From positions 30,857,877 to 30,921,876 of the forward strand of contig NC_083429.1 of NCBI RefSeq assembly GCF_020745735.1: DNA of 64,000 bases, given 5' to 3'. Origin of the DNA: Hemiscyllium ocellatum. Its lineage: Eukaryota. This document shows positions 13,539 through 25,344 of the stretch, in pieces (positions within the stretch are counted from its first letter, which is position 1; the number at the start of each line of letters is the position of its first letter). The position numbers and the translations under genes were made by a program. The notes under the pieces are model-generated. The model searched no databases and was not told where the DNA came from. It was given only the letters and a program-made list of their open reading frames with translations.

Positions 13539-14374
13539 TTAAAGCATTAACTCTGTTTCTCTCTCCACAGATGCTGCCAGATCTGCCATGTGTGTTCAGC
13601 ACTTTCTGCTTTTATATCAGATTTCCAGCATTTGCTGTATTTTGCTCTTATTTAAATGGTAATGATCCTTAGTCCATCATGTAAGGCACTTTGAAAAGCT
13701 GACAAGAAATTCCTCAGATGCTATTTGTCAGGTACATCCCAGCATTGGTTTTAAATGCTTAAGGATTGTTTAAAGAAGAAGAAAAAGTCTGCAATGTTGC
13801 ATAATTTGAAGGTGTTTCCAAAGATTAAGTTTGATCGGGGAACAATATGATAAATTTTGATTCCAGACAAGATATAAAAGGAAGTGTTTTCAAAATGTCA
13901 TATGTTCAACTTAAATGCATAATGAATTATGTCTTTGGAAATTACCATTGGTTGAATGAATGTCATGAATTTAGCTACAAGAGATAATTCAAATTAATCA
14001 TGAGGTGAACAAATGATTAATTTCTTTATCAATTAACTATTTGGCAAATATTAATTAGCACACTGAGTATGTCACAGCTTATTCTCAAATGGAGCCAAGT
14101 CAGTTTCAAAATGGTCTTGAACCAGCAGACAGGATAATGTTTAAACATGAAGGGTATCCCCAGCCAAAGTAACTCATTCTCAGTATTACGTGCAAGTTCA
14201 GTCTGGACTATGAGTTCATGTTCATGCCTTAACTTTCTTGTGCCGCTAATTAAAGGAAGCTTACAAAATCAAAAACCACAAACTAAAGAGGAATTGCTTT
14301 TCTGGGCAGGAGCGTTTTCCTTTGGACTGTGAGCCAATCCTGATAAAAGCAACAGTGTTGAAGAGACTACTGAC

Positions 14375-14669
14375 GTATAACATCTCATTTGGTCTCATCT
14401 GTTATTGGTTGTTTGAAAGTGACATATTTTTTCAGACACCTACAGACAGTGCTATGATGGGTTACTTAAGGGATGATCTCAAGTTTGCTGCTGGCAATGG
14501 AGTTGCAATTGACAGTAAAGGGTGGGCAGATATATTTCCGATAATTTTTGCTCCAACACAGGTCCAAGTAAAGTAGATATTCTCATGGTACACCCCCCAG
14601 ACAGAGCAGGTCAGTTAGATCTACATCCAGTAACCAAAGCACCATCCACACTGGAAACATCACGGAGTC
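14375..14669 (-). pseudogene. Inverted paralogous C2 exon 3 pseudogene
   Basis: Reverse complement aligns to 40282..40584 (LTC...FTWTC...LEIIP*V..H.TVCRC...TFKQP). It has a 1-nt deletion near 14615, TAA and TGA stops and a weakened donor (GTCAGT). Flanking introns are also homologous. Confidence 0.8.
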
Positions 14670-15734
14670 CTGAAAGAAAGGGAAAAAAAATCATGAATGT
14701 AATTACATATCCTGTGAAGTGTAATAATATCAAGTCCATTGAAGTTCAGGGTAACATTACTGGAGATTTACTGACAGTTTATGCAGTATTATGTCATTGC
14801 CAGACCAGGTGTGTCCTCAGAATGATTCACGAACTGTAAATGTACATAACTACATGAGCCTCTTTTGCTTTTTCAAGTATTGTAATTTAAAAACAACCAG
14901 CAGCCATGCAATGCTTAATTATTAAAGGAGGTCAGATGTTTGTTTATTGTAAACTATTGCTGAAAAGTGATTAATTAGAAAATGATACAGTTACCAACTA
15001 AAATACAGAAACAAAGATTAAAGACAGATCAATATAAAAGATACTGAACAAGATGGAAGTATGATTGGTCTGCTAATGTTACACACTTGCTCAAACATTC
15101 TCTTACTGAAGACAATGGCTTGAAAACTGGATCTCAGAAGTTAGTAACTGTCATGGTTTCTGTGGTCATATAACTGGTGGTAGCTTCCAAAGCTGAACTG
15201 AGCAGGTCAGATTGTGGGATGGTGGGAGTGAGAACTCCTTTGCTTTACTTTGTATAACAATGGACTGTACTGATTCAGAATCACAGAAACTCTACAGTAT
15301 AGAAAGATACCATTTGGTCCATTGAGTCTGCACTAACCCTCCAGTGGGTGAGACAAATCTTTCAGGCTTTCTTCTCTGAAGAAAGGTCATGGGACACAAA
15401 ACACCAACTCTGTTTACTCTCCACAGATACTGTCAAACTTGTTGAGTTTCTCTAGCAGTTTCTGTTTTTGATTCAGGCCTCCAGCAAATTAGACAGAAGA
15501 AAGAGGAACAGGAATAGGCATTCGTCACGACAAGCCTGCTCAGTCATTCAATAAGATCAAGGCTGATCTGACATTCCTCATGATTACCTCCCACCCTTTC
15601 CCTGTTACCTTTGATTCTCATACTAATCAACATCCTTACAAAAGAGAACCTAACTATCGCCCACGATTTTCAACCATCACTGATTTTGCTCATTATCATG
15701 CTATGGGTTGCTATTAATAATCAGTCAGCACAAA

Positions 15735-15816
15735 TAGCAGCAGTGGGATTCTGATCCATATCTCCTTAGAGACTGGAACCTGAATCCAGTGCCTTAGATT
15801 GCTCAGCCACACTACC
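15735..15816 (-). pseudogene. Decayed tRNA-Leu copy, plus a 3'-half copy at 15846..15880
   Basis: GGTAGTGTGGCTGAGCAATCTAAGGCACTGGATTCAGGTTCCAGTCTCTAAGGAGATATGGATCAGAATCCCACTGCTGCTA, 82 nt. Matches the vertebrate tRNA-Leu (AAG/TAG-type) body with a CAG anticodon; CpG-type decay; damaged D and T arms. Confidence 0.7.
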
Positions 15817-16459
15817 AGATACACTTGATAGTCAGTCAGCACAAGTGGCAGCGGTGGGATTTGAACCCATGTCTCCTTAGTCAATAATCAGTCAGCACAA
15901 GTGGATTCCTGATGAAGGGCTTATGCCTGAAACACCGATTCTCCTGCTCCTCGGATGCTGCCTGACCTGCTGTGCTATTCCAGTATCACCCTCTCAACTC
16001 TGATCTCCAGCATCTGCAGTCCTCACTTTCTCCTCTAATTACTATTGACCAGAAACTGATTCAGCAATATAAATACAGCGTCCACATGAACTTGTGAAAT
16101 TCCAGGAATTCTGCAATGGGTAACACGCTGTGCATCTCCCCAAGGTTAGTCCCTCAGCTGCAAGCAAAAAAGTCAGGAATGAAATGGATTATCTTGTGCT
16201 CACTTCTTGAGTTCAACTCCAAGATCATTCAATAAGCTTGACACAAATCAGAACAAAGCAGCCCATTGGATTGATATCCTCTCTACTGTCACGCTGCATT
16301 GGTTCCCATTCCCCTACATTTTAGTTTACACCATCCCATACTTTACATAAGAACATAAAACATACTTCAGTTGAGGCCGAACCAGTGTTTTCTAAAGGTT
16401 TGCAATTTTGTCAGTTTTGTTTCTCTATGCCTCTATTTACAAAATTCCATGTACTTTTA

Positions 16460-17780
16460 GAACACAGAACATAGAACTTTAGAGCGCAGCATAGGCCTTC
16501 GATGTTGTGCCAACCTGTGAAACCAATCTAAAGCCCATCTGCCCTCCACTATTCCATTTTCATCCATATGTTTATTCAATGACCATTTAAATGCCCTTAA
16601 TGTTAGCAAGTCTACTACTGTTGCAGGCAGTATGTTTCATGCCCTTACTATTCTCTGAGTAAAGAAACTACCTCTGTTATCTGTCCTATATCTATCACCC
16701 CTCAATTTAAAGCTCCGTCCTCTCATGCTAGCCATCACCATCCAAGGAAAAAGGCCCTCACTGCCCACCCTATCTAACCCTCAGATTATCTTATATGTTT
16801 CAATTAAGTCACCTCTCAACCTTCTTCTCTCTAACAAAAACAGCCTCAAATCCCTCAGCATTACCTCGTAAGACCTATCCTCTGTACCAGGCACCATCCA
16901 AATAAATGTCCTCTGAATCCTTTCCAAAGCTTCCACATCTTTCATATAGTGCGGTGACCAGACTGTATGCAATACTCCAAGTGCGGCCGCATGACCTCAA
17001 GGCTCTGAAACTCCAAAACAACTTTTGTAACAGCTTGACTTATTTTCAGTGATTATACAATCGAAATACAGAAAAAAGAAGCAGAAATAGATGTTGAAAG
17101 GTTGGTTCCACTTGAGGGAAATTCTTAAACCATAGGGCATAGTTACAGAATAAGCAGATCGAGGCAAAGAAATGTTATTACTGAGAGGGTAATATTTGGA
17201 ATCCTCTCCTCTGGAGGCTAGATCTTTGAAAATATTTAAAGAGAATGTAGATAGCTTTTTGAAATAGTATGAGTGTAATATGGTAGAATAATGTGAGGAG
17301 CTGGTATGAATGAAGAGTTGAAACCTGGGGCAGATCAGCTGAGGTCTTAATGAGAAGCAGGGCCGACATGAGGGACTGAATGGTTTGCTCCTCTTCTGTT
17401 TTTATGTTCTCAGTAGCTGTTTGGCTCTGTTGAGCATGCTCTGCCATTTGGCATAATCTGAGTTGATCTTCTATCTCAACGTCTTAGTCCCACTCACCCT
17501 ACATCTCTCGACATTTTTAGCTTAAAGAAATCTATCTATTTCTTTCTTAAGTATACTCAGTGATTTCATCTCCCCAGCCTTCAATAGAAGAGAATTTTAT
17601 AGTTTACCACTCTCTGAATGAAGAAATTTCTCTTCATCTCAGACCAAAATGGCCGATTGCCTAACCTGGACCCAAGGCCCTTCGTTCTGTATCTTGGGAA
17701 ACATCACCCTTATAACCAGCCCGGTCAGATTTTTATACATTTCAATGAGATCCCACTCATCCCAGGAACTATCTCTATGG
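16460..17780. mobile_element. Cluster of CR1 3' fragments (16460..17000 -, 17080..17410 +, 17440..17780 -)
   Basis: VWSPHY.KDVEALER.QR and RRLRGDLIETYKI translations; CR1 tails. Confidence 0.7.
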
Positions 17781-18150
17781 GGACTATAAGATATTATAGC
17801 AGTCCAACTGATTTGAATGAGAACAAATTAGTTTCACTTATCCTTCCAGCACATTAAATGTGCAAGTGAAACATTATCAAATTAATACACAGTTTGTGGC
17901 ATTTTCCTTAAACTTTCTGGCTACTTGAAAATAAAGTAGTTCCAATTAGCCTGTCTCTGTGAGTTGCAATAACCCCATATGGTTTCCTGGAAGTTGCGAG
18001 GCTGCAAGTTTGATTTGACCTTACCGGAAAATGTCTGCAGTGGGCAGGAACCTTGTCCTCAACAACTGTTTCTCTGAGACTGTCAGAAAGCAGTTTGCAG
18101 CCCCTATTAAATGGCAATGTACTCCTGTCACTTTTCTGATACGAACCATG

Positions 18151-18441
18151 GAGGTGGCATGGTGGCTCAGTGGCTAGCACTGCTGCCTTGCAGCATCAGG
18201 GTTCCAGGTTCGATTCCAGCCTTGAGCGAGTGTCTGTGTAGAGTTTGCACATTTTCCCCATGTTTGCATGGGTTTCCTCCAGGCGCTACGATTTCCTCCC
18301 ATAGTCCAAAGATGTGCAGGTCAGATGAATTGGCCAGCTAAATTGCCCATAGTGTTACGTGCATTAGTCAGAGGGAAATGGGTTGGTGAGGGCTTGTTGG
18401 ACCTAAGGGTCTGTTGCCACACTGTAGGGAATCTAATCTAA
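18151..18441 (+). mobile_element. HE1-like SINE
   Basis: GGCATGGTGGCTCAGTGGCTAGCACTGCTGCC head, GGTTCGATTCC B box, AATCTAATCT tail. Confidence 0.85.
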
Positions 18442-19163
18442 ACACTTCCAACAGATAGGGAGAGTCTCTTCATTTGCTCTTCTCTTTTGTCTGGAGCTGG
18501 CACAGCATTGAGAATGGCACTGCATTCAGAATTCTTCATTCATCCTCTTGCCCATTCTAATATTCAATTAGATCACAGCTGACCTGTATTGTAACTTCAT
18601 CCAACCACAATTTGTTCATGTGCACAGAAGAATCACTCATTATGAAGCAGAACGGACCAACAGAACCTATCATGTCAATTTTGATATCTCAGTTGCCAGT
18701 TTGTCTATGAATTTGAGAATAGGGTCACCTATTTATTGAGTAAAAAATGAGGTCTGCAGATGCTGGAGATCACAGCTGCAAATGTGTTGCTGGTCAAAGC
18801 ACAGCAGGTTAGGCAGCATCTCAGGAATTTTGATTTATTATTGTCACATATACCTTGGTACAGTGAGAAGTTTTGTTTTGTGTGCAGTACAGACAGACCC
18901 CATGATACAAACTACATCAGGATTGCAGAACAGGGTGAGGATTACAATGTTAAGGTTGCAGAGAAGGTGCACACACTTTCAGCTCATATCTCATATCTTA
19001 TTTGCAAATGTTGATTAAAACAATTGTTTTCATCAGTCAAAAATATTAGTGAGTCAGGGGGTGAGTTCCTCCTTGTAGGATTTGTAGCCACTTTCCAGTA
19101 GCCACTATTTTCATGTGTCTCGCCAAGTTCAACTTTGGTCAATGGCATCTCCAGTGTGTGGAG

Positions 19164-19206
19164 TGATGATGGTGATGATGATGATGATGATGATGGTGAT
19201 GATGAG
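19164..19206. repeat. (GAT)n microsatellite
   Basis: About 14 TGA/TGG units. Confidence 0.9.
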
Positions 19207-19652
19207 ATTGAATGTCAAAGCAGATGGCTAGATTCTCTCTTGTTGGAGATATTTCTTCCTACTCATCAGCTCAAGCCAGGAATGAAGAAGGACTCATGCC
19301 CGAAACGTCGATTCTCCTGTTCCATTGATGCTGCCTGACCTGCTGCGTTTTTCCAGCAGCACATTTTCAGCTCTAATCTCCAGCATCTGCAGTCCTCATT
19401 TCTCCTAGAAGATATGAGATATGTCCAAGCTACACAAACAGGGGAAGTATACATTTATTTTTATCATTAGAGGTAACAGAAGCATTGATCCATAAGATTT
19501 CCAAGCTATCAAAACTTTGACAGAAAGCACAAACTATTGTAAAATGGCTGAAGACCAATAAATGCTAACAAAGTTGCCTTTCACTTCAATGCCATATTCA
19601 AACTTTGGAAAAGGTTCAAAAACACTGACAACTTAAACTTTAAATTACATTT

Positions 19653-20108
19653 GGGGTGGCATGGTGGCTGAGTGGTTAGCACTATTTCCACACAATGCCA
19701 GGGACCCAGGTTTGATTCCAGCCCTGGGTCCCTGTCTGTGAGGAGTTTGTACATTCTCCCCATATCTGTGTGTGATTCCTCCCACAGTCCAAAGATGTAT
19801 AGGGCAAAAATGAGGACTGCAGATGCTGAATATCAGAGTCTAGATTAGAGTGGTGCTGGAAAAGCACAGCAGGTCAGGCAGCATCCAAGGAGCAGGAAAA
19901 CCAACTTTTCGGGCAAAACGTTGAATCCTGATGAATCCAAAGATGTGTAGCTCAGGTGAATTGGCCATGCTAAATTGTTCAGGGATGTGTAGGTTAGGTG
20001 CACTAGTCGTAGGATAGGGGGAATGGGTCTGGGTAGGTTACTCTTCGGAGGGTCGGTATGGACTTGTTGGGCTGAAGGGCCTGTTTTCACACTGTACGGA
20101 CTCTATGG
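19653..20108 (+). mobile_element. HE1-like SINE interrupted by a Penelope pLTR fragment (19799..19935)
   Basis: TSD TCCAAAGATGT at 19788..19798 and 19936..19946. Confidence 0.75.
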
Positions 20109-20187
20109 TTTTAGCTATTTTAGTACTCTGAAAGCTGCAACAGATGTTATTCAATGACATCAGACAGTGTTTTCTTCTCAAATGCAG

Positions 20188-20258
20188 AGAAGATAGGAAA
20201 TCTCTTTAGAGATTATGCTTTACCAGATAAATCTGGCATTTCATTCACCAAGCAATAG
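20188..20258 (+). pseudogene. Orphan candidate terminal exon (E-KIGNLFRDYALPDKSGISFTKQ*) within a block homologous to 43.9-44.4 kb
   Basis: 19460..19650 plus 20105..20400 align by eye with 43915..44390 once the SINE is removed; same TCAAATGCAG acceptor. Confidence 0.3.
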
Positions 20259-20639
20259 TTTGGAAGTAGCAATAATATAAGTGACTTGGATTCGATGGTT
20301 CCCTGTGGTTATAAAATGTGTTTGTGAACAGAAGAATGCTGCTGTTTTATTTACTGTTAATGATATTAAGGGTATCTGCAACATCACGGTCTGAATAAAG
20401 GGTTGCCTCGACAGTATTCAGTGTTCAGCATCAAAGCAGCAACAGGACTCAGGTAATATGACCTTAAAAGGAAAGTAAGGGATGAAGGTAGAGAGAACTT
20501 TCAAATCTGCAACATTTATAGTTATCCCTCAATGTTTCATAGTTGAACATTCCCTTGCACCACCGATTGGTGTCCTTCAGTGGTTAATTGATGGCCACTT
20601 AATAACCTCATTACAGTGTTGTTTGTATTAACCCCAGGT

Positions 20640-22135
20640 AGACTTTTGACATGCAATTGCTCTCTACACCCAGATTGTCATCTCCCATGCGGAGATCAGG
20701 GGTAGAGTGATGCAGCAGTGTGATCTCTTGACAAAATTCCTGATCAATTCCTGATCAAAGGATGTGACATTGTCAAGGGAGGCAGACTGCAAAGCACCCC
20801 ACTGCCCTTTATAATGGAATACTGTTCTTCCTTTGATCTACACCCAGCAACATCTTCTCAATATTAAATCATCATTGCCTACATTAATGTTATGGACTAG
20901 ATCAGAACAGCTCAAAGCATTTCAAGAAAGTACAAGCCTCACTTAACATCTTTGCAGAAGCACACTGGAAAAAAGATTTAAGCGTCAACTTCAAGAAGAT
21001 TCAAGTCTTTTGCCGAACCATCCCAGGACAGGTCCTGTTTTACTCCTTCATCTAAAACAACAGAGAAATTGTCCCAAACATGGAAAATGTCTCTTACCTG
21101 GGAATTACCTCTCATCTAAGACTGACATCAATGAAGAGGTTCAACTTTGCACACAGTCCACAAGTGCCATCTTTGGACACTTAAGAAGGAGAGTCATCAA
21201 TGCCAGTAGTATCTAGTTTTGACACAAAGGTCCTTATATATAAGGCAGTCATGCTTCCTATTCTTTGACATGACTCCAAACCTCAGACTAACAATAGACA
21301 CCAGCTCGATATCATTCAGAAATACCATTAGCATTGTTCTCCACATCAGTTGGAAGGCCAGAGAGACTATGATCAGCATCCTTGAAGCAGGTAATAACAC
21401 CAGCATCAAGGCCATGATCATCTGAACCTATGTCTGTTGGGCTGACCAGTGCTTAAGATGCTTGAGATCTGGCTGTCAAAGCAAATCTTCTTTTCCCAGG
21501 TCAACGTAGGTGCTTTAACAAGAAGTGGACAAAGAAAATGCATCAAAAACTCCCTGAAGGTTTTCCTCAACATAGATGTGATTGCATGAGATGCCCTCGG
21601 CACGGTGGCTCAGTGGTTAGCACTGCTGCCTCACAGCGCTAGAGACCCGTGTTCAATTCCCGCCTCAGGCGACTGACTGTGTGGAGTTTGCACATTCTCC
21701 CCGCATCTGCGTGGGTTTCCTCCGGGTGCTCCGGTTTCCTCCCACTGTCCAAAATTGTGCAGGTTAGGTGAATTGGCCACGCTAAATTGCCCGTAGTGTT
21801 AGGTGCAGGGGTAAATGTAGGGGAATGGGTCTGGTTGGGTGCACTTGGTGGGTCAGTGTAGACTTGTTGGGCTAAAGGGCCTGATTACACATGTAAGTAA
21901 TCTAAAAAAAACTTAGAAGAAACTCCTGTATGAAGGAACACAATTCTTCTAAAACACCCATCTGCAAAAGGAAGTAAAACCAGTGAAAGGAATCCTAGTG
22001 ATTTCAAGATGAAGAACCAGCTCCACCCCCTGGAAACACATACCAGGTGTACCAGAGGAGGCACAACTCCAGGATCGGACTCATCAGCCACACAAGGACC
22101 CACATAGCACATGACCAGTGACACATAATTTCCAT
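20640..22135 (+). mobile_element. Degenerate RTE-clade LINE 3' portion, interrupted by a SINE
   Basis: YLSSKTDINEEVQ...SAIFGHLRRRV; terminal SRIGLISH.RTH-like motif near 22075..22105. Confidence 0.55.
21598..21910 (+). mobile_element. HE1-like SINE
   Basis: GGCACGGTGGCTCAGTGGTTAGCACTGCTGCCTCACAGCG head with A and B boxes. Confidence 0.9.
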
Positions 22136-22419
22136 GGTGGACAATCATACTGTTGTTGTCAAAGACCGTAAATTTGAATCAATATAAGCCATGTTTCTAA
22201 ATCTTGACTCTCACTCTCACACACACACACACACATTAGTTGAAGCGTTCGAGGTGGAATTGAAGTCATTCCCAGCAACATTCAGAGCCCCTGGATCAGC
22301 TTCTCTGATGCACAATAAAATTTAGTTCTCTTTAATCCTGAACTTTCATGTTCTCCAAATACATTTGTCACCACGTCAGAGTTAACAGAACCCACAAAGG
22401 GAAAAATAAACTTTCTTTG

Positions 22420-22510
22420 CTTCCTACGTAACTTCCTTCCTGACAGCAGCTAAAACCCATGGCATTCCGCAGTTGCTTCCGGTTTCGAGCTGAAATATAA
22501 ATTATTCCCC
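22420..22510 (+). promoter_or_regulatory. Putative promoter of copy A: ETS-like TTCC cores and TATAAAT at 22496
   Basis: ACTTCCTTCCTG and GCTTCCGG motifs, TATA about 120 nt upstream of the ATG; block conserved at 53683..53770. Confidence 0.35.
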
Positions 22511-22616
22511 AGGCAGAGCATCTGGACTGATGTCTGAAACCCTCTCAAGGACAACACTCTTCCTGCTTCAGGTCTGGAGCTGAAACAGTTTTCAGAACAT
22601 TCGGAAACTCTGAAAG

Positions 22617-22665
22617 ATGCAGCAGCTGCTGAAACTGTTTTTCATTTTGCAAACAGCTGTTCGAG
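22617..22665 (+). CDS. Copy A leader exon
   Basis: Same 49 nt as the gene B leader; donor G|GTAAGA. Confidence 0.75.
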
Positions 22666-23232
22666 GTAAGATGTTCTGCTCAGGACATTCACTCGGCGCT
22701 GGCGCTGTAGGGATAGGATTCCCCCTTTTCGGGTATTTCAGCTTTTCTATATAGTGTGGAACTGCAGAGAGAGCAAGTGAAACATCACCATGTCACTTGG
22801 ACAATTTCTGCACTGTTCAAATATCCACATCATGGTGGTTGGGTTAAACCTCCTGTGTAAAAGTTACATTCCAGTTGAGACGATACTTTGGATACTGATC
22901 GTGAATCCTAATGCTCATAGAATTCAGAATATTTAAAGTTTTTTTTTAAGATCTTCAGAAAAAGGGTGGCCTTTCTTTGCCAGTTGTTCAAGTTGATAGC
23001 AGCAGCTTCAGAAAACTGGAAACAAAGATCTCCAAAAGATTTTGAATCTTGTTTCATAAAAAGAAGCAAATTCAGACCAGGAAAAAGAAACCCACCATTT
23101 TAACAAAAACTAGGAAACAAACATCGCAAATCAGAGAAAAGACACGTAAAATTATCATGTTTTTCACAGATAATCCAATGGGTAGAAAATTTCAAATGAT
23201 GTTGATAATGGTGAACTGCTTTATTCCATCAG

Positions 23233-23577
23233 GTGAACCATTCATTGGAGAGGTGACTCAACCGCGTCTGCTCAGTGTCTTGACAGGAGAATCAGTCACA
23301 ATAAACTGTACATGGATTTATAATGGAACTAATCATGAATGGATCCATGCTAATTTCCAGAGGGAGCCACTACTGGGAAATAAGAACTCCTGCATTAAGA
23401 AGCTGACCTGTGTTCGCGATGTTACTCTGGGTAGTTTCGGTCGCTGTTTCACATCACTGGAGATTGAAAACGTTTCTATTGATCATTCTCAGAACAAATA
23501 TACCCACATGGTGAAGCTACCGAAAGTCTATCCTCCATTAGAGAGTAAAGGACAAGGAACAAGGTTGCAGATTTACG
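23233..23577 (+). CDS. Copy A Ig V-set exon; open, but F-strand Cys replaced by His
   Basis: 345 nt, 17 nt differences from 54498..54842 (hand count); YTHMV versus YICMV; splice sites intact. Confidence 0.85.
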
Positions 23578-25344
23578 GTAAAGTATTTACATTTCAAGTG
23601 ATAAGTAGAAAGACATTGATGTACTGAAGAGTGACAGTACTGACTTTACATTCATGATGGATACAGCAACATTTGCACCAAATTATTTATGGAGTAATTC
23701 ATTATTAGCACACACATACAATATGGAGGAGACAGTGAGGACTGGAGATGCTGGAGAGTCACAGTCAAAACGTTAGACACTGGAAAAGCACAGCAGATCA
23801 GGCAGTATCTGAGGAGCAAGAGTGTGATGAAGAGCTTATGCTCAAAACATCGACTCGCCTGCTCCTCGGATGCTGCCTGACCTGCTGTGCTTTTCCAGCA
23901 CTGCACTTTTCCACATACAATATAAAACTACATTATTTAAAGCATTGCTAATGAGAAGAATATAAACTAATTCAGTGCTTGTGTTAATGTCTGAAACAGG
24001 TTGCATTTAAAATTCAATGCATATATCATTGTTCCATTATTTCACAAAACAGCCACAGAAATGAAATGAATAATGCAACAACATTTTAAGACAACAAGTG
24101 TCAGAAATGAACAGCAGCCCACACGGCATCGATGAGAGAAAACAGAAATGTTCTTCAGCAAATCAAATCATGCAATCATCAAACCACAATGAAATTAGAA
24201 ACTGCTGTGAGAAGTTGCAATGAAATATCAAACAGGGGATTTCAGAAAGTAAATGTGACAAAATCTCAAGTAAAGAGTACAGCGTCAGGCTGAAAAATCA
24301 TCCAGAGAATCACAGCTTGTTTACAGTGTAGTGTACCCCGGTTCCTGATACAGGAGGATTGATTCACTAAGGAATAATGAAACAGTGCAGAAGTGTGCTT
24401 TATTATGCCACAAATGCAGATGAAAATCTCAGACCTCAGAGAAACAATGAATTTTCAGAATATGTTTTTTTGATGATAATTATAGTTATTACGAATCTCT
24501 TTTCTTTGGGATAATTATTTTATTCCAAGTTTCATACCTTCAAGTGAACTATTTGAATCACATTTATTTTCTCTTGTTTATTCATTGATACTGTTGTGAG
24601 TGAATCATCACAAGTTACCTTTAATTGGGCCACTTATCAAGAATGCTCACAGTCAGTCGAGTGCTGAAAAATGGTCTAAACTTTATTGCATGTAGCAACC
24701 AAACCAAGACCTCTAATGTCAGCAAGTTAAGCCTCACAACCCAGTTGGCTATTATCTGCTTAATGATGGAACATGGTCAGATTTCACCAAGGTGTCTCTG
24801 GAACTGTCCATGGTTTCATCCTTATGCAGTGCTGTTCTTCAAAGTTCTGCTATGGGGGAGTTCTGATGTTTGATTCTTGTCAGATTTTTGTCCTTTGGTC
24901 TATTTGTGATGTTGCTGATGATATTTTGAAAATCCTTTCATCCAAATTGCTGGAAGTCTTTGTTACTTGTTACATTTGGCATTGACTGTCTGTTTGAAGA
25001 CACAGCTTTTCTGTGATTAACTCCTTAAATGCTGCAGGACAATCCTTGTCCTTTGTGACAATAGACCATCCAGTTACTCAAGCAGGTGTTAAAGCAGTTG
25101 TGTTCATGTGGTTTCAACTCCTAGGCACAGCTAATTGCTTTCAATTCCTGTAAAGATTTCTCCTTTTCCTTAATCATTTCTTCCTGACAGAATTATTACT
25201 GCTGTGTTCCATGTGCAATTGTTTTTTGTTGATTCATTCAATCCATGAACATTTATTAAAGGTCTAAATTTTATAATATCACAGCACTTTGAGCAAAACT
25301 GTTATCTTATTGGTTACATTGTCTACTTCAAATACACATACAGC

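Noticed and set aside
19135-19338. Poly-Asp ORF
   Set aside because: A (GAT)n microsatellite running into a pLTR fragment.
23049-23232. N-terminal extensions of ORFs 23049..23627 and 54422..54859
   Set aside because: Read-through into intron 1; the real N-terminus is the 49-nt leader exon.
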